A stretch of 63,209 bases of DNA, the filler included, from Choristocarpus tenellus KU-1152 (lineage: Eukaryota; Protista; Phaeophyceae): assembly GCA_964200185.2 (NCBI GenBank). It is 9 parts of 9 records of this genome, joined end to end, with 100 filler letters (N's around TTAATTAATTAA, not from the genome) between each part and the next. Parts side by side here need not be neighbours in the genome. Positions count along the whole stretch, not along the records: positions 21,294 to 27,311 come from CAXNAD020009157.1; positions 27,412 to 44,922 come from CAXNAD020000665.1; 7 more parts are not named here. One strand, 5' to 3'. The notes beneath the pieces were generated by a model. That model saw nothing but the letters and a program-made list of their open reading frames with translations, did not search any database and was not told the DNA's origin. Positions within the stretch are counted from its first letter, which is position 1, and each line of letters starts with the position of its first letter. The position numbers were made by a program, and so were the translations under genes. Positions 23,640 through 35,322 of this stretch are shown piece after piece.

Positions 23640-25783
23640 GTAAATCCAATGTTGTTGACGATACGCAGAAATCATTTCTGCTCATTGGGGCAAATCACGT
23701 GGACGATCGAATACATCAGAGGAGGCACGATCACAACCTTCAAGGCGTACTGTATGTTCTATGTTCATAGGTGAACGAGGTCTACGGTCAAACTTGTGTC
23801 TCACAATACTTTAAATAATATAAGGACCAATGGTTACCAGGGACTCCAAATCGTCAACATCCAGTAACGATAAAGTAAGGCCAAGAAAAAATTCATTGAG
23901 TTTCATAAAATGAGATCCAGGTGGTTGTGTGTTCGGCATGTAAGGTTTGAAGTGGGCCAAGTGAACAGAAAAGTCTTCGATGTCTCCTTGTTTTCAGACG
24001 CAATAAATTATAGAGGAAATTTTGGCAATCACTGTAAAAGGTCCACGCCAAGGGTGAATCAATTTGGGATTAGGTCCATCACGGTCAGCGTGTGGAAAAT
24101 GAACCAAAACTTGATCTTCAACTTGAAACACTGGGAAAATAAGAGTTTCATTGTTAGCAATTCGTTTAGCGTTCCGTTCTCCCCGATTGCCACGGGCAAA
24201 TTCAAAAGCTAACCGTAAATCGTCAGCTGTTGACTGAGTAAACAACTGACTAGATTGGGCTGCTGATACTTTGGATATACCAAAAATGATATCAACTGCT
24301 AATATTGGACGGCGTCCAAAAAGCAGGAAAAAAGTTGTTTCTTGTAATGTGGTATTGTATGTCGTATTCTGAGCAAGTTGAAGGAATGGAACAACAGTCA
24401 CCCAATTATTCTCTGCGATATTACTTGTACATGGATAGCGTTTCATGCAGAGTAGAATGGACACTCATTAAAACAGAGTTACCCTGTGGTCTGTACCGTT
24501 TGGTACGAGTTTTGTGGTACCCAAACACTATAATTCCAGAACGAGTTTATTTTCAAATTCTGAACCTTGATCAGAGTGAAGAATTTTAGGTGCTCCACAT
24601 CTTGAAAATATTATTTCAAACAAAGCTTTGGCAATGGCCACTTCTTGCTTGTCTGGAATGGGAATGAAAAAGGCAAAGCTTGTCAATTGGCAAATAGCCG
24701 AAAGAACATATTGGCATCCACATCAAATGGTCTTATACTGTACAAGATCAACAGCAATCCGTGCGAATGGTCGAGTGGCAGGAATTTGTCCTTTAGGCAG
24801 TTTGGACGCCTGTTAGAGGTTTTCAGCGTTGGCAAATTTGGCATTTCTCACACCATTCTCTGACATCATTTTGAAACATGGGCCCCCAATACCGGTCTCG
24901 TACCTTGTCAGTGTATGAAAAAGACCGAAGTGACCTCCTGAACCGGGAGGATCACGACAAGCATGAAAGACCAGAGATTGCAATTCTTTTTGAACCACTA
25001 ATTGACCACGAAAAGCACGGTGCTTATTTATCTATGTGTCCTGGGAAATGTGATCGGCAAAGCAAGATAGAGTCAGCATCAACATAAAAATATGACATGC
25101 TATACCTCGATTCACGAGGAGGTAGAGACACTGAGTTCGGAACTTCTAAATACGTAAAATAGAGGGAAACTTGATTAATTTGAGCTAAACGAATTTTGGT
25201 GAGGTCCAAAGTTGGATAATATTCACTGAACTATTGAAAAGTTCTCGATCACTCTGAGTTACATCTAATTCATGAAGGTGATCTGGATATATTTCATATG
25301 CTTGAAGTATTTGACAATGTATTTTCCAGAATATTCCTGCAAATAGGCCCAAGTACTTTCAGCATTCGATTGATCTCATTCTCAAAGAGGCGAGACAGAG
25401 CATCAGGTACAACTTTGTCTCGGCTTTGCTTGTGATGAACTGTAGAGTTGAACCACTGGAGAGCAAGAGACCAACCCTATGCATATTTTCTGTATTTTCC
25501 ATGTAATAAAGATATTGGAGTGCGGCATGGTCATTGAATAAATCACAATGTCGACCCCAAAGATATGTGCAGCAGTGGTTGATAGCATGGACTACAGATA
25601 AACATTCTTAATATGTGGCGGAGTAATTTCGTTGCGCTCATCGAATTCTTGCTAAAATAACCCACACTATGAAGCGAGGTGGCCGTTGGATCATCTGGCA
25701 CTCTTTGAGAAAGAAAACCACCACTGCCCAAGTTTGAAGCATGCACATGTACCACAAAAGATTTTGAAAAATTAGGATAGTAA
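23640..25783 (-). pseudogene. Decayed Ty3/gypsy pol (RNase H, integrase, chromodomain-like tail)
   Basis: RNase H YPNFSKSFVVHVHASNLG..FLSQ..VGYFSK; integrase HHCC GGHFG...WCEKCQIC; core RIAVDL and FFLLFGR; GPF motif KLIHPWRGPFTV; chromodomain-like YII*SIVRHK..IEHTVRLEG..D..L..MISAY near 23660-23830. Many stops and frameshifts. Confidence 0.88.
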
Positions 25784-27311
25784 ATATAATGAATTGCATA
25801 CAATAGAGGAATAGGGGAGGGGATGGGGCTGTGGAGGTGACGGAGGAAGGCGGCGACGGTACACGAGGCAGGCAAGGGCGAGGAACCAGTATAAGTGGAG
25901 TCCATAACCCTGCTTCGGGAATAGACGCACAGGTTTCGATTTTGCAAAATGGAGAAGGACGGACAGAGAACGGAATGGGCTCACACAAGCATGAGCTTGT
26001 GGAGGTGATCGAGGATGGGGATTGTGGCCATGAGATAGGCGCGGGCGAGGGATGAATATAAGCAGAGCATACCACTCTTCTTCGGGAATAGGCGGACAGG
26101 TTTCGTTTTTGCAGGATGGCGAAGGTCGGACGGAAAACCGAATGGGCACACAGGGGGATGGGGCTGGAGAGGTGGTGGAGGATTACGACGATGGTCGCAA
26201 GGAGAGGGAGCCGCCCCTCCACGACAACGATGAGGAGGAGACAGGAGAGACGGTAACAAGAGGTATTGACCCAAAGTATCTTAGAGGGTAGAGCCACGTT
26301 CATTTGGGGGCTACAATTCAACGTCACGATTTTGATGTAGTTTTGGCTATCATGTTAGGAAGTGTCAATATCCATGTTCCGGGCACATCTTTTCATAACG
26401 TATGCATTCTACCTACTCCTATACATTTTGGAGTAGGAAAAGGTCATAAAAAAATACATGGGAAACCAAGCCCCAAATGGGCAAACAGGGCAAAAATCGT
26501 ACCCTCTAAGATACTCTCAGTCATTAATGGGATTCGATGGCCAGCCTCCCCCACTGGTGACCCCAACCCACGACCACCTCAACAACCACATCAACTCATA
26601 CTGGAACACTGTGCAATCTGTTTTTCCAGATACAATGGCCAGTACTCCCCTTCTCCTGCACACACTCACTTGATTTGGACTGTTCCTTGGCTTTATACCT
26701 CCACGCCCGGCCCCTACATCCCATCCCGTGCCCCACATGCCGCACCCCTTCCAGCCCAGAACGCTACTACACTACCATGGAGAGGAGTGTGGGAACCGAA
26801 GCCGTGCTGGAATCCATCCGCTCACAATCGTCCTCCACCTCTTTTACCATCCCACCATTCTGCCTACTCTCCTTCCCACGCCCCCACCCCCCAGCCCCTT
26901 CCCCTTTTTTTCCTCCCTGCCCGAGCTATCTAGAGCCTCTCCCCCCAGATCACCAAGGCACCCTCACCTTTGGGTGCTCGCTCCACCTCAACTGCATGTT
27001 TAGCCTCTGCGAAGACGCCAACCCCCCTCTCACATGCCCCTACTGTGGAACACACCTACCCATTCCCGCGCTTTTCAATCGCACTTATACCACTCTCACC
27101 AGTCAAAGACACCCGCCTGGTGGGCTCATAACCCGTCCGAATAACGCCACTGCAGTCCAAATCCACCTCTTTTCACCATAAAACATCCCAGGGCAAAACT
27201 TACACCCCACCCACCTCACTCCACAGGTCGGAGCACCCCCTGCCCCCACACCCCAGCCCACCTCATCCCCTCCACTCCTACCCATCTCACCCCCCCTCCT
27301 ACCCCAGTCAC
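25784..27311 (+). mobile_element. Dispersed coding repeat (acidic/Gly repeats, Pro-rich region, degenerate RING finger), copy 1
   Basis: Colinear with the reverse complement of ~54450-55283. Internal tandem units of ~170 bp. RING-like CPSYLEPL...TLTFGCSLHLNC...CPYC at ~26918-27046. It abuts the gypsy RNase H region and is interrupted by a MITE. Confidence 0.6.
26268..26522. mobile_element. MITE family A, full-length, with 3-bp TSD ATT
   Basis: att[gacccaaagtatcttagagggta...taccctctaagatactctcagtc]att. The paralogous empty site at 54806-54808 has a single ATT on the minus strand. Confidence 0.93.
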
Positions 27312-27411
27312 NNNNNNNNNNNNNNNNNNNNNNNNNNNNNNNNNNNNNNNNNNNNTTAATTAATTAANNNNNNNNNNNNNNNNNNNNNNNNNNNNNNNNN
27401 NNNNNNNNNNN
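27312..27411. other. Artificial contig-join spacer
   Basis: N44-TTAATTAATTAA-N44. Confidence 0.99.
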
Positions 27412-28244
27412 GCACCATTATGGGTCAAACCCATCCTCCATGGTATGCTCCATCCTCAATTTTGCTGAGAGGCTGTTTCATGTGGTTTGCACATGTTCCA
27501 ATTATAATCAAGTACGTTTCTCTTGCTCTCAGTCAAATAATCCAACTTTTACCTTTTTTCAACTAAAAACACTTAAAGATCAATCCTTGTGTCCAGATAG
27601 GTCCAACGTTAAAGGTGTTCACCTGACTTTGCCAGTGGTTTCAAAATATGAAAGTTCTTTAAAGTCAATTCTTACAAAAGCACCTATTACTACTACTACT
27701 GCAGCCACGATGTTTGTTTGACTATTTTGGTTTAAAAGCATGGCTCTCATTGTAGCTCTTGTTGTTGGATGTCACCAGGTGACCTCTCTAAGTAATATTG
27801 TGATGATATCGCTGACCATGGTGCAGTATCTTTACCATCGAAGTTTAAGACAACCTACAAAAAAGTCACATAGAGGTACTATTTCGTTTGGTTGTTGGCT
27901 GGGGTGAGCTGGCATGCTTAACTTACGTGAGGAGACTAATACATTGTAGAGACTGCAAGGTCATTCAAAAACAAGACTTACGGTAGGATCAGGTTAAGTT
28001 AAGTATTTGACAAGAAAGGAAATTATCAAGGGGAACATAAGGAGGCTCTAAAGAGATTTGTCAAAGGCATGTATGTGATCACAATTATCATCTCCAGCCC
28101 TAATTGTTTTGCTGTGTTAATTGCCTATCTTCCCACATGTGATACCTATTCTACATACAAGGTATTTTTGAAAGAGAATTACAAAATGGATTCAACTCAG
28201 CACCTATTGCATTCAAATATTTCAACTCCTGAATGTGTTGTGTC

Positions 28245-31200
28245 CTATGGCAGTGGTACACTCTTCACTGCACCAGTCGCCCAAGGTGCCATGCCTGTCA
28301 TGGCTGCATGAGACCCTGGTGGCATGGTCTCCCTTGGAAAGAGAGGAAGTTCTGGTCCTACATTGACATTGGCATCCATAACCTGTCCGAGAAAATTGTG
28401 AGGTTGAGAGTCATATTGTTACAGGTGCAGTTTCAGCACACATTCAAATTTATCCCAACAAGAGAATTCCATTGGAGTATGTCTGCATGGATACATAAGC
28501 ATGCTTGGAACTGCATACCTCCTGCTGATGACTACTGAGACGTCCCCTGAAGATCGATGGACCAACAAACGTACTGAGCTCTCTCGTGCAGCTACTTGCA
28601 GCATGACTGGCCAACTGACTTGTAGTTGGGCTCTGCAGTGTCCTGAACAAAGCTGGTAGGAACACCTCCAGGTGGCGTTTAAACACTTTCTTCCCAAGTG
28701 AATGGGCCATTATGGGCAGCTGTGGTAGTGGGAACACAGAAGCATGTAGGTAAGAGGTCTGCCTGTAACCTCTATACATACACAAAATTGTAATGTGTGG
28801 AATATATTGCCAAACTATTGAAAAATAACTATATGGTGGAGTATTTAACCAACTCAACCATCAATATACACAGCAATCTCAAAAGAGACCGCAACTCTAT
28901 CAGTGGTTACTCCATGATAATACATGCTGTTGTAGGTTACCAACAGTTCATTATTCATTCAGCATTATACACGATGTGCTATGCAAGCAATGAAGTGGGG
29001 GGACTACATACAGGAGTAAGAGTCAAGTGTAATTTCCTCTACAAAAAGCCAAACCCCCTCCACCAGAAACTCCACCAGAGACTACAAACACAATCATCAG
29101 ACCCTACCTGTTTCCACAGGGTCTCCCTCAAAGAGTCCGCCTGGACAAAGTGAGTAAGGCCAACAACATAGGCCAGCTCATCAAAGAATGTGACAGCTTT
29201 GTCTGGGTCCACATCACACAGCTCTCGCACAAGGTAGATGGCTCCATCACTGTATTCCCAGGGCATACTGGGCCGCGTGACCTGAGAAACATCGAAGTTA
29301 TGACTTGCCACGATAGGAGTGTTGCACAGTTTTGAGAAAAACCCCCAATGAACCTCCAAGATGCAGATACTGCAGCACTATGAACCAAGGTTAAATTCCA
29401 AATCCCTCACCTGACAGTCTGAACAACCCCCTTTCTTGAGCTTTGGCGCAAGGGAACCACAAGAAAACACCTGATTCCCTGTGTGTGCCTTGGCATCATT
29501 CTGCTTACGGAAGTGCTGCTCTGCACTCTCTGCCTCTTGACTCCTAGCCTTTGGAAGATTAACCCCTATCCAATCAGACACTCTGCTCAGGGCAAAGAGG
29601 GAAATTATGAGCACATATTTCAGGACAAACAACAATCTTATTTCTAGTATGGAGAGTACTTGTTGCTACTATTACTTTTACTACAAATACAAACATGAGA
29701 GGCATTACTTGGTTGCCTCCTCTCACTGCCCTCTCCAACTGTATGCAAAAAATCCCTTACCTTTTGGTTGCCTCTTCGCCATAGGCCTTGCACACAGAAC
29801 CAAGAGCGATTGCACTGTCATCTCTAACAGACCATATTGGGTCACTTACATGGTGGAACCATCTGTAGAGTGTTCAAACCAAGGTCAAACGTGCAGCAGA
29901 GAGATGGTGTTCACAAGTCAAAACACATCATAGTGAAGCACTCACCAGTGGTAAAGGGGTAGTAATTTGGAAATGAGAGGACCAAACTGGTGTATAGATA
30001 GATTCAACTCAACACACAGGAAGATACTCCCCTGTTTTCCCTTGGGAGTCACCTATTATTTATAGCAATATGTATACAAATAAGCAACTTGTAAACACCA
30101 CCTCAAGAGTTGAGTACCTCTCATACAGCTTATCCAAGCTAGGCCGGCATTCCTCTGGGTATGCTCCAGCAAAGCGGCCACTGGCAACACATGCGGCATC
30201 CCGCACCGGCCAGCTCTCATCAAAGAAGCAAATAAGCAAGGCCTCTAGAAGCTGTCCCACATGAGGTTTCATGAACTCTGGGGAGACCTGTTCCGTGATG
30301 GAGGTGTAAGACAAGTAATACCAGGAAAACAAGGTAACCATCAAACTGTTAACATGACATATAGTGGCAGAGAGAGTTGTATCACAAGGTTCAGTCAAAG
30401 CATAGTGCGTGAATTGCTTACATGAAGTGCTGCTACAATGTCATTTTCAACCTACCATCACACATTTCATTAAATCAGCGAATGATGCAGGCAGACCATG
30501 ACAAAAAAAACATGACCAATCCCAGAAAATCACCTTCGGATCCAGAGAGAAGTGCAACACATTTTTTGAAATGGTCCACGTCTCAGATAAGGGGAGGTAT
30601 CAGTTTTTGAAGAGTACAAGCTGTTCTTTTGCACATAAGTGTGGTAGATGTTGAGAAAGAAAATCACACTTCACTTTTACTCTAGTCGATAACTTACAGT
30701 TTATTATGATATTCACCCAAGGTGGGATAACCTTGAAAAATAGACATTCAAACCAGAAAACACTAGTTTTTTACATGATACTAATATTAGTATAGGATTA
30801 TGTGTGAGGGAGTCACCACGAATACTTCACCGTTCAAGTTGAAAAATATTATGGGAAACCCAAGTATTGATAGTTCCAACAACCACCAGGCCTGTTCATG
30901 AGCTCAGCTTAACATTCCCACTAGGTCATCCACTTGGTGATGCACATGGGTCCCCTGGGTCAACCAGTATAATGCCCTGCCACTTGACTGTTGCCCACCA
31001 AAACACAAGACTCACAGACAACAAATTTGAGGGCACCGCCACTAGACACACCTTCACAGCCATCTCAGCAATGCTATGGCAGGCAGCTTCTCGGACACAG
31101 TGATTATCAGCGTTGCTAGCCCAACAGTAGTAGTCAGCAACATCCCGAGCATATTGTCCAACCTTGTTGCGGCCATTATCCCCCATCAGGATCTGCCATG

Positions 31201-32976
31201 TCTCTTGTGAAAACAGCTTCACACCATCAGCAAGGTAGTACCTGAATCGTAACAGTATTGTCAGGAAAATTTGGAACAATGGTGGTAATGGACTAAGACT
31301 AGAAAAGAACATGTCCTCAAGCAGACTTCAGCTGAAGCCTTCCCTCCAACTTGGAAACCTTTTTTTCTTTTCTTCATAAAGGTTCTTCAAGTGTGTTGTA
31401 AGGTGCTGTCCGTCCTCTTGGCTTGATAGTAGTGTGTGCAATGCACTCCTTCTGCACAGGAAAAGCTCTTGATAGCCAATCAATCAAGAAAGATGAAATC
31501 CCTTCCTTAGAGGTGAAGATGTTGTAAAATGGGCAATCAGATGCAGGGTACTACAATAAATATTGCTATAAAGCTGCACTTTGCAACAATATTACAGTGA
31601 CCCAGTTCATGTAACCCTTACAACTCACCTATTCAGGCACATGCGAGGTAGCAGGCGGGGATAGTATTGCTCTCTATCCTCGGGTGATAGTGCTTTCAGG
31701 AGAGCTCGGTTAGCTACTGAAGCTGCATAGCGGACCTGACTCCAGTTGTCTTGCAAACCCAAAGCAATTGATGCTGCAAAGGTAGAGCCAAGAGCTGGCC
31801 CATGCGATGACCCCTCTACACCACTCAAGGGACCACAAGCAACCAATATACTCCTAAGGGGATTACAGGGTACAGAATACAGAGTGGAGGAGTAAGACAT
31901 CTCGAGCCGACAAATGTTTGCACCGATAGTTTACATCTACACCATCTTCACCTCTATGCATCCAAAAGCAATCGACTTTAAGGTGTCGACAATGTAAAGA
32001 AAATATTACTATCAATTTCCTGTAAACGAGAATTTTTGCAAGGAGCAATTCTCACCTGATGATCTGAAAGGAGGCCTCCCTGACATGCCTGTTAATATGG
32101 ATGGTTGCTCCTGCAACAATGTAACGTACTGTATCATCACTCAGGTGACCTCCATCTATGAACTGCCTCCCAAGCACATCCACAAATTCCTGCAAAAGCA
32201 CATAGCAACAAGGGACACGGATGGTCACATCAGGCACAACGACTGAAGAGGCAATCCGTAAGTGTACCAGGTGCCACTCGTGAGATAATACAACCAGAAA
32301 GAGTATAGAAATCATTCAGAAGAGTGCCTATGCCATGACATAGTAACAGATCGTTAGGGAATCGATCTCTACGTCTTGGTCCACCAAGCCAATGTCGAAC
32401 CTTGAGGGCCAAGATACTTGTCTCCAGTGCCTTCCAGCCACTTGTGTCATCGACAGCAACATCATCTTTTCCGCTCAATGCATTTGTGATAGTGTCTCCT
32501 GTACGTTCAAAGTTGGTACTGATGGCACCAAGTAGACGTTCTCGAAAATGGCAGTATACAGCAAGACCAGTGCAGTCTTTGTCCTTGACTCCTTGGCCAT
32601 CCTCTTCATAACCAGCCCTGGCCAGTGAACCGAGGGTTTGAGCTACAAGTGCCCGAACACGGGGCTCGACATGCTCTAGATGGCGATCGCACATGTCTAG
32701 CAGGGAGGACAAAAAGTTTGTCTGCAGTCCATCCACATTATTGTCAACCAAAACCTGGGGGGTATAAGGGTAGTTATGAGCATCTTGCTTGTTCCACCTT
32801 GATCCATCATGCGTTACATTCAGCTATGGATCGATCAGCATAGAAGAACAGATATTACCAACCTTGGCAAGTAAAAATCCCACCGCAACGCCTTCCCATT
32901 CAGTGGTGTTGAGTAGTAGCATCACACCTTCCTCGATTTTGGTGGTATCCCCGCAGGGACTTTCATTTTCTGCCAT
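28245..32976 (-). CDS. HEAT/ARM-repeat protein of unknown function, 11 exons
   Basis: GT-AG exons in phase: 32976-32863, 32754-32401, 32189-32056, 31853-31629, 31241-31052, 30287-30118, ~29863-29761, ~29583-29411, ~29281-29108, ~28720-28518 and ~28382-28245. HEAT signatures EPRVRALVA, HVREAS, DNWSQVRYAAS, CVREAAC, DESWPVRDAAC and DPIWSVRDDS. Confidence 0.85.
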
Positions 32977-33288
32977 TGCAAGGGGACCGTCTTAACTCAG
33001 ATAATTTTAAGCAAGAAGGTAGACCTAGCACCAGTTTCGGGCGAAAGCGCTTCCCTGTGTTTCTCTAGATCTTCGATGGTGGAATCAGAATAGGTTAAGG
33101 AAACACGAATCTAGCTTAGACCAGGTCACCTATTATGATAGACTGTAGATTGTCTGCGACATTCACCATCTCTTCCGGTATACTAGTCCTCCGCTTGAGG
33201 CTGCGTAGGGCAGCCCTTGGTGAAGAGAAGTCCATGAGACCAGAAAAGAGGTATGTACGGTGTTAGTGAGGTGGAATTTCACTTCAAT

Positions 33289-33400
33289 ACAAATTTACCT
33301 CGTATTATCGTATTATCGTATGTCCAACTTCGTAAATTTTATAACAAATTGACCTCGTATCATCGTATTATCTTATATCCAACTTCCTAAATTTTATACA
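33289..33400. repeat. Tandem duplication of ~56 bp in a divergent intergenic region
   Basis: acaaatt(t/g)acctcgtat(t/c)atcgtattatc...tccaacttc(g/c)taaattttata occurs twice. Confidence 0.85.
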
Positions 33401-33463
33401 GTGTATTATATATATTAGATTAGGGTTGAGGCTTTCTCATTCACGAAGTGATCGCTTAAGGTG

Positions 33464-34980
33464 ATGCCTAAAAAAGGTGGGTTGCAATCAGTCCTGTGAC
33501 CAAACCTATCCCAGCATCTGCGATGAGGTCATCATCTATGCTTTTGGACGTACTGTCAAATGGGAATTGTTCTCCACAAAACCATGAACCATTTTACTAC
33601 GAATTTGACAACGTACTCCACAATCTTGTACAGGTAACCAAAGTACTGGTAAGGCCTCGACTGGGAAGCAATCACCAGAATCTAGTAAGGGAGCACTTCT
33701 TATCCCATCACTATGTCTAATCGCTGTCATTGTTGCTTGGTCATACCAAGCTTGGCATGACGACTTGGTGTCAAGAAGGGAGTCGCCAAAGGAGTCTGAC
33801 ATCTTCGTCGTGTCGTATCCCAAGAGTGGTAAGAATGTTCCAGCTTTCCGGGGTGATTTTGACACCCTAGCCTAAATCCCACCTCATGTTGAGGTCGGAT
33901 GGTTTGGTCATGTAAACGGCCAGGGTCAACTTAGGCTGCTATATTGAAGGATGATCCGTGCGATCCTGTCTTCCTTGTTGGAGCCGTCTCCTTTAGTAAC
34001 TCGTGACACTATTCCTCTATCACTTTGTCCTTTCCAGGTAATAATTGGCTTCGCTTCCTGCTAGCTCATGTCTGGCTCTATAGCCAGCCTGGGGAGGCGA
34101 ATTGGCATAAGGAATTTGACTTCAACTCCATTGAAGATACTATCCCGGACATCGAATACGGCCCCAACCGTTACCAATACCCTTTCCACGAGTCATTTCG
34201 TGCCTTCAAAAGTCACCAACCTTTTGCCCCCAATGCTGTACCCGGCAAATGTGCCGCTACTGTTGGGGTGATGGACGACTTTCAGTGCGCTTGTCCCAAC
34301 TGTCCAACAAAGTGGAAGCGCATCCTACACCTGATTCGTGATGGTCGTGATGTTATGTGTAGTTACTACCACTTCCGGAAGGGACTGGGCATGTTAGAGC
34401 CTTACAACATGAGCTTTGAGGATTTCCTTGAAGCAGATATCTACCCAGGATACAACTGGGCCAACCACGTGGAATCATATCTGCACTTGAAGGGGAACGA
34501 GACATACGACGTACTGACAATCAAGTATGAGGACCTACACAGCAAACCAGTCGAAGTGATGACCAAGGTATGCCACTACGGGACCACCATAGTAACATGT
34601 CTCCAGTTGTATTTTGGACTGCCAACCAATTTCATATTATATAGCATTGAGCATACACTTTAGCCATCTATCTGCACTGTTTCAATGTTCCTTTTTCTCA
34701 GGTATCAAAATGGGCTGGACTGGAACAGAAGGAGAAGGTGATTGCCCAAGCAATCAACAAATCGAGCTTCAAGCGAATGAGGTGGAAGGAGGAATCTGCA
34801 GGATTGCGCCTCTTTGATGAGCAGTACCCGCACAGAGATTCTCGTTGGCGACTGACTCGGAAAGGTGAAGCTGGGGGCTGGAGGGAATGCTTCACAACAC
34901 AATCTGCAAAAGACACATGGAATGAGCTGGCACTCAATGTCATGTTGGAGCTTGGCTATGTGGAAGGAATCAATTGGTGA
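33464..34980 (+). CDS. PAPS-dependent sulfotransferase (Sulfotransfer_1 type) with N-terminal membrane anchor
   Basis: Exons 33464-33476 (tentative), 33634-33828, 34038-34567 and 34702-34980. 5'-PSB DIFVVSYPKSGNNW; KSH; 3'-PB LIRDGRDVMCSYYHF; KYEDL; RKGEAGGW. Hydrophobic segment ALLIPSLCLIAVIVAW. Confidence 0.92.
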
Positions 34981-35322
34981 TACAGGTTTTTATCACCCCT
35001 TGGCAACGTCTAAGCACTATTCCGAGAATATGGAGTACAGTGAGGAAAAACCATAATTTGTGGTGAATTTACTGGAGTAGTTGTCACTCCTAGACATTTA
35101 TGAAGGAAAGATCAGATGGCACAGGAGGGCATCCCTTAGTAACAATTTACCAACCCTTCAATATGAGATCCTTCAGCAATAATAAATCAAAGGTACCAAT
35201 TGTGGTAGAAAATCCATAGACCAAACATGACCATTTTATAATTGGGGAGGAGCATACCCATTATACACACAAAAATCCACTTCCATACACACATTGCTTC
35301 TCAAGGCCTTCGCCCTGCAAGA

